From Burkholderiales bacterium (GTDB taxonomy: Bacteria; Pseudomonadota; Gammaproteobacteria; Burkholderiales; Burkholderiaceae_C), in assembly GCA_028868825.1 (NCBI GenBank), contig JAGWTU010000028.1, forward strand, positions 789 through 64,788: DNA of 64,000 bases, given 5' to 3'. Below the pieces are notes generated by a model, which was not told the origin of the DNA, did not search any database, and was given only the letters and a program-made list of their open reading frames with translations. This document shows positions 25,878 through 35,463 of this stretch, piece after piece; positions within the stretch are counted from its first letter, which is position 1; each line of letters starts with the position of its first letter. A program made the position numbers and the translations under genes.

Positions 25878-27059
25878 CTATGGACTCGTGCAGCGGTCGC
25901 CGGCGCTGACGGGTTCCTGGACGTTCAGGATCAGCGCGTACGAGACGCGGTCGAAGACGCGGAAGACGAAGAGCAGGCCATGCCGCTCGTCCGGCAGGTG
26001 CATCTTGGTCTTCTGGCCGTCGGTCGTGTCGACGGCCTGGGCGCCGGCGCGCCAAAGCGCGAGCACGTTGCCGCGCTCGAGCCCGTCCTGCTTGCCGCGG
26101 TTGATCGAGACGACCTGGTTCTGGCCGGCGTTGAGGCCATCGCCGTAGACCGAGACGATGCGGCATTCGACCTTGCCCGCCGGCGCGTGCGGCACGTAGG
26201 CGACGAGTTCCTGCTGCGGCACCGGCGAGAGGCGGTCGCCGACGCCGGCCTCGAGGGTCGTGCTCGTGATGCGGAAGGTGTCGGGGACGACGACGCCCTT
26301 GCCGTTGCCGGCGTCCTCGATGCCGCCCGAGCGGACGAAGACGGCGGTGCCGACGTAGCGGCCCTCGAAGCCGAGCACCTGGCGCGTCTCGGGGTCGACG
26401 AGCGGCTTGAGTTCGCGGAAGAGGCGGAAATCGGTCGCGCCATGGAGGTCGCCGCGCACATAGGCGGTCTCGCCGCGCGAGACCAGCACGCGGCCCTCCT
26501 GGGTGGCGACGATGCGCGGCGCCGATGCGAGCGTGTTGGCGTCGAAGACGACGGCCTCGTTGAGGAAGGGGCCGATCGAGTTGAGGGGGATCGAGGCGAT
26601 GGCACCGTTGTCGAGCACCTCGCCGCGCACGCGCGGCGACAGGCGCACGGTGTTCGTCGGCTCCTGGCCCAAGCCCTTGGCGACGCGCAGCGAGGCGCGG
26701 CCGTCCTTCTTCTCCAGCACCAGGATCTGGCCCGGGTAGATCAGGTGCGGGTTGCGGATCTGGTCGAGGTTCATGCCCCAGAGTTCGGGCCAGCGCCACG
26801 GGCTCTTGAGGAACAGCCCCGAGATGCCCCACAGCGTGTCGCCGCGCTGCACGACATGGCTGTCGGGCGCGTTGGCCGCGAGTTCGGACAAGGGGATGCC
26901 GGCCTGGGCCACGTGCTGCGCCGTCGCGCGCCATTGCGGCAGCACCGGCAACTGGCCGGCGGCCTGGGCCATGGCGCTGCCCTGCAGCGCGGCGACAGCG
27001 GCGCAGGCCGCGGCCAAGCGCAGCACCGAGCGCGTGCAACGACGATTGCGAATGCTCAT
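25878..27059 (-). CDS. LysM peptidoglycan-binding domain-containing protein
   Basis: Signal peptide MSIRNRRCTRSVLRLAAACAAVAALQGSAMA and LysM motif HVVQRGDTLWGISGLFLKSPWRWPELW. Confidence 0.8.
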   Translation of the reverse strand: MSIRNRRCTRSVLRLAAACAAVAALQGSAMAQAAGQLPVLPQWRATAQHVAQAGIPLSELAANAPDSHVVQRGDTLWGISGLFLKSPWRWPELWGMNLDQIRNPHLIYPGQILVLEKKDGRASLRVAKGLGQEPTNTVRLSPRVRGEVLDNGAIASIPLNSIGPFLNEAVVFDANTLASAPRIVATQEGRVLVSRGETAYVRGDLHGATDFRLFRELKPLVDPETRQVLGFEGRYVGTAVFVRSGGIEDAGNGKGVVVPDTFRITSTTLEAGVGDRLSPVPQQELVAYVPHAPAGKVECRIVSVYGDGLNAGQNQVVSINRGKQDGLERGNVLALWRAGAQAVDTTDGQKTKMHLPDERHGLLFVFRVFDRVSYALILNVQEPVSAGDRCTSP

Positions 27060-27318
27060 GACGCTGGGGTCTCCGGGCTGTGTGAGGAGCCGTGGCGGAT
27101 GCCAGAATACCGCCCGGCCCTGAGGGTGAAGATCCCGCCGGCAGACGAGCCGCATTGCGGGATGCCAATGTTCATATGGTTTCACAGATTCTGCCCGTAA
27201 ACCCTTGATGCCGCAATGAAACGGCCCAGGCGTGAGGTCTCCCACGGATGCCGGCGCCGGGCCTCGTTGCAGCCCTTCCACACCTGTTGCCAGCTGTTTC
27301 GCCGATTCGGATTCGTCC

Positions 27319-27837
27319 ATGTCCCTTCTGACCATCCTGCGCTACCCCGACCCCCGACTCCACACCGTGGCCAAGCCGGTGCGCGAGGTCGACGACCGCG
27401 TGCGCCGCCTCGTCGACGACATGGTCGAGACGATGTATGCCAACGACGGTGTCGGCCTCGCGGCGACCCAGGTCGACGTGCACGAGCGCGTCATCGTGAT
27501 GGACACCTCGGAGCAGCATGACCAGGCGCAGGTGCTGATCAACCCGGAGATCGTCGCGCGCAGCCTGGAGATGGCGGTCGCCGAGGAGGGCTGCCTGTCG
27601 GTGCCCCAGATCTACGACAAGGTCGAGCGCCATGCCCGCGTCACCGTGCGCGCGCTCGGCCGCGACGGTGTCGCGTTCGAACTCGAAGCCGAGGGACTGA
27701 CTGCGGTCTGCGTCCAGCACGAGATGGATCACCTGCTGGGCAAGGTCTTCGTCGAGTACCTGAGCCCGCTCAAGCGCAACCGCATCCGCACGAAGATGTT
27801 GAAGAAGACGCGCGACGAGGCCAAGGCCGGCGCATGA
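27319..27837 (+). CDS. def: Peptide deformylase
   Basis: [37 protein letters not shown] and HEMDHL are the three PDF motifs. Confidence 0.95.
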   Translation: MSLLTILRYPDPRLHTVAKPVREVDDRVRRLVDDMVETMYANDGVGLAATQVDVHERVIVMDTSEQHDQAQVLINPEIVARSLEMAVAEEGCLSVPQIYDKVERHARVTVRALGRDGVAFELEAEGLTAVCVQHEMDHLLGKVFVEYLSPLKRNRIRTKMLKKTRDEAKAGA

Positions 27838-28772
27838 GGCTGGCCTACGCCGGCACGCCGGAATTCGCCCGCGTTGCGCTCGACGCGCTTCTGGCCGCCG
27901 GCCACGAGGTGGTGCTGGTGCTGACCCAGCCCGACCGGCCCGCCGGCCGCGGCCTGAAGCTGCAGCCCTCGCCGGTCAAGCAGCTGGCGCTGGCGCGCAG
28001 CCTGGCACTCGCGCAGCCGCGCAGCCTGCGCCTGGACGGCAAGTACCCCGATGACGCGGCCGCCGCGCGGGCCGCACTCGCGGCGGCCGCGCCCGAGGTC
28101 CTCGTCGTCGCCGCCTACGGCCTGATCCTGCCGGGCTGGGTGCTCGAGCTGCCGCGCCATGGCGCGCTCAACATCCACGGCTCGCTGCTGCCGCGCTGGC
28201 GCGGCGCGGCGCCGATCCAGCGCGCGATCGAGGCCGGCGACGCGCGCACCGGCATCACGATCATGCAGATGGACGCCGGCCTGGACACCGGCGCGATGCT
28301 GCTCGCCGAAGCCACGGCGATCGGCGCCGACGACACGGCGGCGACGCTGCACGACCGGCTGGCGGCGATCGGCGCGCGGCTTATCGTCGCCGCGCTCGAC
28401 GATCTGGCGCAGGCTCGGCTGGCGCCGGTCGCCCAGGGCGCCCAGGGCGTGACCTACGCGCACAAGATCGACAAGGCCGAGGGCGCGATCGACTGGGCTG
28501 CACCGGCGGCGGTGATCGAGCGGCGGCTGCGCGCGTTCGACCCCTTCCCCGGTTGCAGCGCCGAGATCGGCGGCCAGACCGTCAAGGTCTGGCGCGGCCG
28601 CGTCGTCGAAGGTGCCGCCGGGTTGCCGGGGCAGCGGCTGGAGCGCGGTGAAGGGCGCCTCGTGATCGCCTGTGGCGAGGGGGCGCTCGAACTGCTCGAA
28701 CTCCAGCTGCCGGGCGGGCGCCGGATCGCGGCGCGGGAATTCCTGCAGCGGCACCCCGGCGCATCGGCGTGA
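27834..28772 (+). CDS. fmt: Methionyl-tRNA formyltransferase
   Basis: [26 protein letters not shown], and a 4-nt overlap with def. Confidence 0.95.
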   Translation: MRLAYAGTPEFARVALDALLAAGHEVVLVLTQPDRPAGRGLKLQPSPVKQLALARSLALAQPRSLRLDGKYPDDAAAARAALAAAAPEVLVVAAYGLILPGWVLELPRHGALNIHGSLLPRWRGAAPIQRAIEAGDARTGITIMQMDAGLDTGAMLLAEATAIGADDTAATLHDRLAAIGARLIVAALDDLAQARLAPVAQGAQGVTYAHKIDKAEGAIDWAAPAAVIERRLRAFDPFPGCSAEIGGQTVKVWRGRVVEGAAGLPGQRLERGEGRLVIACGEGALELLELQLPGGRRIAAREFLQRHPGASA

Positions 28773-28810
28773 GCCCTCAAGTGCGGCGCGCGCAGCGCCG
28801 ATAACGGTGC

Positions 28811-29194
28811 GTGGACCGCTCCATCACCGCCCGCCTCCTCATCGCCGTGGCCGCCGCCTTGCTGGTCGGCGGCTGTGACCAGCTCGGCATCGAGTCGGCA
28901 AGCGCCGTCGCCGCGCGCCGCGAAGCCGAAGGCAAGGCCATCGGCGGCGGCTGCCGCTATTCGGCGCGCTCGATCGAGCAGTGCTACGAGAACAACAAGC
29001 GCGCCGAGAAGGCCGCCATCTTCGCCGGCTGGCGCGAGATGAACGACTACATGCGCGACAACAAGCTCGACGCGCAGCCGGCGCCGGCCGAACCCACGGT
29101 GGCCGACAAGTCGGCCGACGGCGCGGCCAGCGACGCCGCCGACGAGGCCCCGGCCGCATCGGCGCCCGAGAAGAAGGCGAAGAAAAGGGCCTGA
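28811..29194 (+). CDS. Hypothetical lipoprotein
   Basis: Lipobox LLVGGC after a hydrophobic leader, and an Ala/Pro/Lys-rich C-terminal tail. GTG start. Confidence 0.5.
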   Translation: MDRSITARLLIAVAAALLVGGCDQLGIESASAVAARREAEGKAIGGGCRYSARSIEQCYENNKRAEKAAIFAGWREMNDYMRDNKLDAQPAPAEPTVADKSADGAASDAADEAPAASAPEKKAKKRA

Positions 29195-29295
29195 TCCCGG
29201 GCGTTTCGTCGCGCCCAGGCGCGGGCTGTCGCACCGGTGTTGCCGGCGCGGCGCGGCGGCACCACAGTCGGTGCTCTTCGCCTCGGGAGCCTCGC

Positions 29296-30024
29296 ATGAA
29301 CCTCGTCCGCCGCCCTCTGTTCGTCGCCGCCGCCCTGGCGCCGCTGCTCACCTCGCTTGCCGCCCTGGCCTTCACGCTGGGTTCGGGCCATGTCCAGACC
29401 CAGACGCGCCAGGTCGCCGCCTTCCAGTCCGTGGCCAGCAGCGGCGACTTCGACCTGCGGATCACCCAGGGGCCGCAACAGCTCACGGTGAGCGCCGACG
29501 ACAACCTGCTGCCGCTGCTCGAAACCGTCGTCGAGGGCAGCGGCGCCGGCGCGACGCTGAAGTTGCGCTGGAAGCGCGGCGAGAGCATCCACCAGCGTTC
29601 GAAGACGCAGGTGACGATCGCCATGCCGAAGCTCGACGCGGTCTCGCTGGCGGGTTCGGGCGATGTCGCGATCGACGGCTACCGCACGCCGGCGCTCGAA
29701 CTCTCGCTCTCGGGCGCGGGTGACGCGAAGCTGAACGCGATCGAGACCGCGGCGCTGAAGCTGCACGTGGCCGGCAGCGGCGATGTCACCGCCAGCGGCC
29801 AGGCGACGACGCTGCAGGCCAGCGTCTCGGGCAGCGGCGACCTGCGGCTGATGGATCTGCGCGCCGACGACGTGAAGGTCCGCATCGCCGGCAGCGGCGA
29901 CGCCGCGGTGCACGCCGACAGGACGCTCGACGTCCGCATCGCCGGCAGCGGCGACGTCGTCTACGCGGGCAACGCCAGCGTCAGCAGCCGCGTCGCCGGC
30001 AGCGGCAGCGTGAAGAAACAGTAG
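29296..30024 (+). CDS. DUF2807-like (GIN-domain, putative adhesin head) beta-helical protein
   Basis: Signal/TM leader, then seven tandem units of about 20 aa carrying (A/S)GSGD (LAGSGDVAIDG, VAGSGDVTASG, VSGSGDLRLM, IAGSGDAAVHA, IAGSGDVVYAG and others). Confidence 0.7.
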   Translation: MNLVRRPLFVAAALAPLLTSLAALAFTLGSGHVQTQTRQVAAFQSVASSGDFDLRITQGPQQLTVSADDNLLPLLETVVEGSGAGATLKLRWKRGESIHQRSKTQVTIAMPKLDAVSLAGSGDVAIDGYRTPALELSLSGAGDAKLNAIETAALKLHVAGSGDVTASGQATTLQASVSGSGDLRLMDLRADDVKVRIAGSGDAAVHADRTLDVRIAGSGDVVYAGNASVSSRVAGSGSVKKQ

Positions 30025-30066
30025 CCAGCTGAAGCGGCGGCGGCGCCGGCCGCCGACAATGCCGCG

Positions 30067-30810
30067 GTGCACAACCCGGCCCTCACCACCACCGCGCACT
30101 GGCGCCACCCCGAATTCGCCCGTGGGGCGCGCGAGATGCTGGGCACGGCGCTCGGCATCGGCGCCTGGGGCCTGATCACCGGCGTCGCGATGGGCCGCAG
30201 CGGCCTGCCGCCGGCGCTGATGGTGCTGATGTCGCTGATCGTCTTTGCCGGCAGCGCGCAGCTCGCCGTGCTGCCGCTGCTGATCAGCGGCGCGCCGACC
30301 TGGGTCGTCTGGGCGACGGCGCTGTGCGTGAACCTGCGCTTCGTGATCTTCAGCGCCCAGTGGCGGCCCTACTTCATCGGCTACCCGCGGGCGCAGCGGC
30401 TGCGGCTGGCGTACTTCACCGCCGACCTGAACTATGTGATGTTCATGCGGCGCTTTCCCGAGCCGCGCCCGGGGCCCGACCAGCTGCCGTATTTCTGGGG
30501 CGGCGCGCTGTGCAACTGGTTCGCCTGGCAGGTGCCGTCCATCCTGGGCATCTTCGCCGGCGACGCGGTGCCGGACCGCTGGGGCTTTGGCTTCGCCGGC
30601 GTGCTGGCGCTGCTGGGCGTGGGCGCGTCGCTGGTCACCGACAAGGCCACCGCGGTGGCCGGCACGGTGGCCGGCTGCGCGGCGGTGGCGGCTTTCGCGC
30701 TGCCTTTCAAGCTCAACATCGTCGTCGCCATCGCCGCCGCCGTCGCCATCGCGCTGGTCATCGACCACAGCCGGCCGCGCACGGTGCCGCCGTTGGAGGA
30801 CCGGACATGA
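30067..30810 (+). CDS. azlC: AzlC family branched-chain amino acid exporter subunit
   Basis: Polytopic protein with SLIVFAGSAQLAVLPLL typical of AzlC, followed by an azlD-like gene with an ATGA overlap. Confidence 0.75.
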   Translation: MHNPALTTTAHWRHPEFARGAREMLGTALGIGAWGLITGVAMGRSGLPPALMVLMSLIVFAGSAQLAVLPLLISGAPTWVVWATALCVNLRFVIFSAQWRPYFIGYPRAQRLRLAYFTADLNYVMFMRRFPEPRPGPDQLPYFWGGALCNWFAWQVPSILGIFAGDAVPDRWGFGFAGVLALLGVGASLVTDKATAVAGTVAGCAAVAAFALPFKLNIVVAIAAAVAIALVIDHSRPRTVPPLEDRT

Positions 30811-31139
30811 TCGAATGGGTAGGGCCCTTGCTCGCGATCGTCGGGCTGGCGGTCATCACCGTCGTCACGCGCGGCTTCTTCTTCATCACCGAGCGCGAGA
30901 TCCCGATCCCCGTCTGGCTGCGCCAGGGCCTGCGCTATGCGCCGCTGGCCGCGCTGGCGGCCGTCGTCGTGCCCGAGGTCGTGATGACCCAGGGCCATCT
31001 GATCGACACCTGGCGCGACGCCCGGCTGTACGCGGCGCTGGCCGGTGGCGCCTACTACGCCTGGCGGCGCGGCATCCTCGGCACCATCGTCGTCGGCATG
31101 GCGGTGCTGCTGCCGCTGCGCCTGGGGCTCGGCTGGTAG
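30807..31139 (+). CDS. azlD: AzlD family protein
   Basis: 110-aa hydrophobic protein with LAVITVVTRGFFF...LRYAPLAALAAVVVPEV. Coupled to azlC. Confidence 0.7.
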   Translation: MIEWVGPLLAIVGLAVITVVTRGFFFITEREIPIPVWLRQGLRYAPLAALAAVVVPEVVMTQGHLIDTWRDARLYAALAGGAYYAWRRGILGTIVVGMAVLLPLRLGLGW

Positions 31140-31191
31140 CCCTGCATAGAATCGTCAACCGCCATCCCAACCTCAGCACCCGGAGAATTCC

Positions 31192-32385
31192 GTGAACGTG
31201 ATCCGTCTTGCCGACCTCATCGCCCAGGGCCGCGTCGCCGGCAAGCGGGTGTTCATCCGCGCCGATCTCAACGTGCCGCAGGACGATGCCGGCCGCATCA
31301 CCGAGGACACCCGCATCCGCGCCAGCGTGCCCTGCATCCGCATGGCGCTGGACGCCGGTGCCGCGGTGATGGTGACCTCGCACCTGGGCCGCCCGACCGA
31401 GGGCGAGTTCAAGCCCGCGGATACGCTGGCGCCGGTCGCGGCGCGCTTGTCGGAACTGCTCGGCCGCGAGGTGCCACTGGTCTCGAACTGGGTCGACGGC
31501 GTCACCGTCGCGCCGGGGCAGGTCGTGCTGCTGGAGAACTGCCGCGTCAACAAGGGCGAGAAGAAGAACGACCCGGCGCTGGCGCGCAAGCTCGCGGCGC
31601 TGTGCGACATCTTCGTCCACGACGCCTTCGGCACCGCGCACCGCGCCGAGGCCAGCACCTACGGCATCGCGCAGTTCGCGCCCATCGCCTGCGCCGGGCC
31701 GCTGCTGGCGGCCGAGATCGACGCCGTGACGAAGGCGCTGGCGAACCCGAAGCGGCCGCTGCTGGCGATCGTCGCCGGCAGCAAGGTGAGCACCAAGCTG
31801 ACCATCCTGCAAAGCCTGGCGACCAAGGTCGACGGGCTCATCGTCGGCGGCGGCATCGCCAACACCTTCATGCTCGCCGCCGGGTTGCCGATCGGCAAGA
31901 GCCTGGCCGAACCCGACCTGCTCGACCAGGCGAAGTCGGTGATCGCGGCGATGAAGGCGCGCGGCGCGGCGGTGCCGATCCCCACCGACGTCGTCGTCGC
32001 CAAGGCCTTCAAGGCCGATGCGCCGGCCACCGTCAAGCTGGCTGCCGATGTCGCCGACGACGACCTCATCCTCGACATCGGGCCGCAGACTGCGGCGACG
32101 TTGGCGGCGCAGTTGAAGGCCGCCGGAACGATCGTCTGGAACGGCCCGGTGGGCGTGTTCGAGTTCGACGCCTACGCCCATGGCACCGAGACGATCGCGC
32201 GCGCGATCGCCGCGAGCCCGGCGTTCAGCATCGCCGGCGGCGGCGACACGCTGGCGGCGATCGCCAAATACGGCATCGAAAAGGACATCGGCTACATCTC
32301 GACCGGCGGCGGCGCCTTCCTCGAGGTGCTCGAGGGCAAGACGCTGCCGGCGTTCGAGATCCTCGCCGCGCGCGCGGCAGGCTGA
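31192..32385 (+). CDS. pgk: Phosphoglycerate kinase
   Basis: [28 protein letters not shown] and STGGGAFLE. Confidence 0.95.
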   Translation: MNVIRLADLIAQGRVAGKRVFIRADLNVPQDDAGRITEDTRIRASVPCIRMALDAGAAVMVTSHLGRPTEGEFKPADTLAPVAARLSELLGREVPLVSNWVDGVTVAPGQVVLLENCRVNKGEKKNDPALARKLAALCDIFVHDAFGTAHRAEASTYGIAQFAPIACAGPLLAAEIDAVTKALANPKRPLLAIVAGSKVSTKLTILQSLATKVDGLIVGGGIANTFMLAAGLPIGKSLAEPDLLDQAKSVIAAMKARGAAVPIPTDVVVAKAFKADAPATVKLAADVADDDLILDIGPQTAATLAAQLKAAGTIVWNGPVGVFEFDAYAHGTETIARAIAASPAFSIAGGGDTLAAIAKYGIEKDIGYISTGGGAFLEVLEGKTLPAFEILAARAAG

Positions 32386-32565
32386 TCCGCGCCGCCGGGC
32401 AGCGCCGGCGACCTCGGCGCTGCGGCGTGAAGCACGCCACGCCGCGGGCGCTGGCAACGGGCCGCCTGCGCCGTCATGCCGCGTCGGCGCGCTAGCATCC
32501 TCGCCTGCTTCGACCGGCCGCGCGTCGCGCGCGCCGCCGCATACCCGAGAGAAAGCGATTTCGCC

Positions 32566-33597
32566 ATGAAAGGCAGTGTTCGTGCCCGCGCGCCGTTGCG
32601 CCTGGGACTGGCCGGAGGCGGCACCGATGTCTCGCCGTTCTGCGACCAGCATGGCGGCTACGTGCTGAACGCGGCGATCGACAAGTACGCCTATGCGATG
32701 CTCGACCCGCTGCCCGAGGGCCGCATCGAAATGGTCGCCGCCGATCAGAACCAGAGTCACGCCGGCGCCGCCGTCGCCGAGCTCGAGCTGACCGAGCCGC
32801 TGCGCCTGCACAAGGGCGTGTACAACCGCATCGTGCGTGATTTCCGCGGCGGCGAGCCGCTGCCGGTGCGTTTGACGACGTTTTCCGAGGCCCCCGCCGG
32901 GTCGGGTCTGGGGTCCTCGTCGACGCTCGTCGTCGCCATCATCAAGGCCTTCGTCGAATACCTCAACCTGCCGCTGGGCGAGTACGAGATCGCGCGCCTG
33001 GCCTACCAGATCGAGCGCATCGACGTCGGCCTCGCGGGCGGACGCCAGGACCAGTATTCGGCCACCTTCGGCGGCTTCAACTTCATGGAGTTCTATGCCG
33101 ACGAGCGCGTCGTCGTGAACCCGCTGCGCATCAAGAACTGGATCCTGACCGAGCTCGAGGCCTCGCTCGTGCTGTATTTCACCGGCGTTTCGCGCCAGTC
33201 GGCGGCGATCATCGACGAGCAGCGCAAGAACGTCGAGGCGAAGTCGCAGACCAGCCTCGACGCCTCGTTCGCGCTCAAGCGCGAGGCCGTGAGCATGAAG
33301 GAATCGATCCTCAAGGGCGATTTCGACGCCCTCGCCGAATCGATGCGTTCGGGCTGGCTGTGGAAGAAGCAGCTCGCCAGCCAGATCACGAATCCGCAGA
33401 TCGACGAGACCTACGAGACGGCCTGCCGCCACGGCGCACTCGCCGGCAAGGTCAGCGGCGCCGGCGGCGGCGGCTTCATGTTCTTCCTCGTCGAGCCGCG
33501 CCGGCGCGTCGACGTCATGCGCGCGCTGCAGGCCCTCGGCGGTCAGGTCGGCGGCTGCCATTTCAGCAAACACGGAACCGAAGGGTGGAAACTGTGA
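32566..33597 (+). CDS. hddA: GHMP kinase, D-glycero-alpha-D-manno-heptose 7-phosphate kinase-like (HddA/WcbL type)
   Basis: RAPLRLGLAGGGTDVSPFCDQHGGYVLNAAIDKYAYA and GHMP motif PAGSGLGSSSTLVVA. It sits in a cluster with gmhA, a nucleotidyltransferase and gmhB. Confidence 0.7.
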   Translation: MKGSVRARAPLRLGLAGGGTDVSPFCDQHGGYVLNAAIDKYAYAMLDPLPEGRIEMVAADQNQSHAGAAVAELELTEPLRLHKGVYNRIVRDFRGGEPLPVRLTTFSEAPAGSGLGSSSTLVVAIIKAFVEYLNLPLGEYEIARLAYQIERIDVGLAGGRQDQYSATFGGFNFMEFYADERVVVNPLRIKNWILTELEASLVLYFTGVSRQSAAIIDEQRKNVEAKSQTSLDASFALKREAVSMKESILKGDFDALAESMRSGWLWKKQLASQITNPQIDETYETACRHGALAGKVSGAGGGGFMFFLVEPRRRVDVMRALQALGGQVGGCHFSKHGTEGWKL

Positions 33598-34196
33598 GCG
33601 ACAACCTCCAAGGCGCCGCGGCGCTGGTCAAGGCCGACATCGACAGCGCGCGCGAGGTGCTCGCGGCGATGAGCGCCGACGCCGAACTCCAGGCCACCGT
33701 CGCCGCCGTCGCCGCGGCCTGCGTGAAGGCGCTGCGCGCCGGCGGCAAGGTGCTGTTTTGCGGCAACGGCGGCAGCGCCGCCGACGCCCAGCATCTGGCA
33801 GGCGAATTCGTCAGCCGCTTCCATTACGACCGCGCGCCGCTGGGCGCCGTGGCGCTGACGACCGACACTTCGGTGCTGACGGCGATCGGCAACGACTACG
33901 GCTACGAGCGCGTGTTCGAGCGCCAGGTGCTCGGCCTGGGCCGCGCCGGCGACGTGCTCGTCGGCATCTCGACCTCGGGCCGCTCGCCCAACGTGCTGCG
34001 CGCGCTGCAGGCGGCGCGCGGCATCGGCATGGTGACGGTCGGCATGACGGGCAACCAGCGGGAGGCGATCGAGCAGCATGCCGACCTGTGCATCCGCATC
34101 CCGTCGCGCTCGACGCCGAAGATCCAGGAAGGCCATATCGTCTGCGGCCACGCGCTGTGCGCGCTCGTCGAGCGCCAGATGTTCCCGCGCGACTGA
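33594..34196 (+). CDS. gmhA: D-sedoheptulose 7-phosphate isomerase
   Basis: SIS-domain motif GGKVLFCGNGGSAADAQHLAGEF and ISTSGRSPNV. GTGA overlap with the upstream gene. Confidence 0.85.
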   Translation: MSDNLQGAAALVKADIDSAREVLAAMSADAELQATVAAVAAACVKALRAGGKVLFCGNGGSAADAQHLAGEFVSRFHYDRAPLGAVALTTDTSVLTAIGNDYGYERVFERQVLGLGRAGDVLVGISTSGRSPNVLRALQAARGIGMVTVGMTGNQREAIEQHADLCIRIPSRSTPKIQEGHIVCGHALCALVERQMFPRD

Positions 34197-34200
34197 GCGC

Positions 34201-34899
34201 ATGCAGGCAGTCATCCTCGCGGGAGGCTTCGGCACCCGCTTGCGCCAGCGCGTCGTCGACCTGCCCAAGCCGATGGCGCCGGTCGCGGGGCGGCCGTTTC
34301 TCGACTACCTGCTCGACCCGCTGGCCGAGGCCGGCTGCGCGCGCGCGATGCTGGCCACCGGGCACCTGGCGGACAAGATCGAGGCCCATGTCGGGCATTC
34401 GTGGCGCGGGATGGCGATCGAGTACTCGCACGAAGAGACGCCGCTGGGCACCGGCGGCGCCGTGCTGCAGGCCATGCGCCGGCTTCCCGACGAGCCGACG
34501 CTGGTGCTCAATGGCGACACCTGGATCGGGCTCGACCTGACCGCCTTCGGCACCTGGTGCGATCGCGTGCCCGATGCCGACGCCATCGTGCTGCGGCGGG
34601 TCGAGGACGCGTCGCGCTATGGCCGGGTCGAGATCGACGGCGAGCGCATCGTCGCCTTCGGCGAGAAGAGCGGCAGCGGTCCCGGTCTGATCAACGCCGG
34701 CGTCTACCGGTTGCGGCGTTCGACCTTCGCTCGCTACGCGCTGCCGGCGGCGTTCTCGCTCGAGTCGGACCTGTTCGCGCCGCATGCGGCCGAGCTCGGA
34801 CTGCGCGGCCATGTCTGCGCCGGCCATTTCATCGACATCGGCGTGCCCGAGGACTACGACCACGCCCAGACGGTGCTGCCGCTATGGACACGCCGCTGA
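34201..34899 (+). CDS. hddC: Sugar-1-phosphate nucleotidyltransferase, D-glycero-alpha-D-manno-heptose 1-phosphate guanylyltransferase-like (HddC/WcbM type)
   Basis: MQAVILAGGFGTRLRQRVVDLPKPMAPVAGRPFLDYLL is an NTP_transferase N-terminus, about 230 aa. Heptose context. Confidence 0.7.
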   Translation: MQAVILAGGFGTRLRQRVVDLPKPMAPVAGRPFLDYLLDPLAEAGCARAMLATGHLADKIEAHVGHSWRGMAIEYSHEETPLGTGGAVLQAMRRLPDEPTLVLNGDTWIGLDLTAFGTWCDRVPDADAIVLRRVEDASRYGRVEIDGERIVAFGEKSGSGPGLINAGVYRLRRSTFARYALPAAFSLESDLFAPHAAELGLRGHVCAGHFIDIGVPEDYDHAQTVLPLWTRR

Positions 34900-35456
34900 G
34901 CGCTGCGCCGCGTCGGCGCGCGCTGTTCCTCGACCGCGACGGTGTCATCAACGTCGACCATGGCTATGTGCACCGCGTCGAGCAGTTCGAGTTCTGCCCC
35001 GGCATCGCTGCGCTGATCGCGCGCGCGAACACGCTCGGCCTCGCGGTCGTCGTCGTGACGAACCAGGCCGGCATCGCGCGCGGCTATTACACCGAGGCCG
35101 ACTTCCAGGCGCTGACCGCCTGGATGGTGGCCGAGTTGGCGCGTCGCGGCGCGCTCGTCGACCGCGTCTACCACTGCCCCTACCACCCGGAACATGGCAT
35201 CGGCGAGTACCGCCGCGAATCGCCGCGGCGCAAGCCCAACCCGGGCATGCTGCTGCAGGCGGCCGAGGAACTCGACATCGACCTCGCGCGCTCGGTGCTC
35301 GTCGGGGACTACGAGACCGACATCGAGGCCGGCCGCCGCGCCGGCGTCGGCCACCGCATCCTCATCGACTGGTCCGGCCAGGCGCGCAGCGAATCGGGCG
35401 CCGACCTCGTCGTCCACAGCCTCGACGCGGTCCGCGACTGGCTCGACCGTTCCTGA
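34884..35456 (+). CDS. gmhB: D-glycero-D-manno-heptose 1,7-bisphosphate phosphatase
   Basis: HAD motifs LFLDRDGVIN and VVVVTNQAGIARG, the Zn-site-like CPYHPEH, and KPNPGML. Confidence 0.85.
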   Translation: MDTPLSAAPRRRALFLDRDGVINVDHGYVHRVEQFEFCPGIAALIARANTLGLAVVVVTNQAGIARGYYTEADFQALTAWMVAELARRGALVDRVYHCPYHPEHGIGEYRRESPRRKPNPGMLLQAAEELDIDLARSVLVGDYETDIEAGRRAGVGHRILIDWSGQARSESGADLVVHSLDAVRDWLDRS

Positions 35457-35463
35457 ACAGACC

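Noticed and set aside
32452-32470. Sigma-54-like TGGCAA...CTGC sequence upstream of the heptose cluster
   Set aside because: The GG and GC elements are about 3 nt too far apart relative to TGGCAC-N5-TTGC, and the -12 element is poor.
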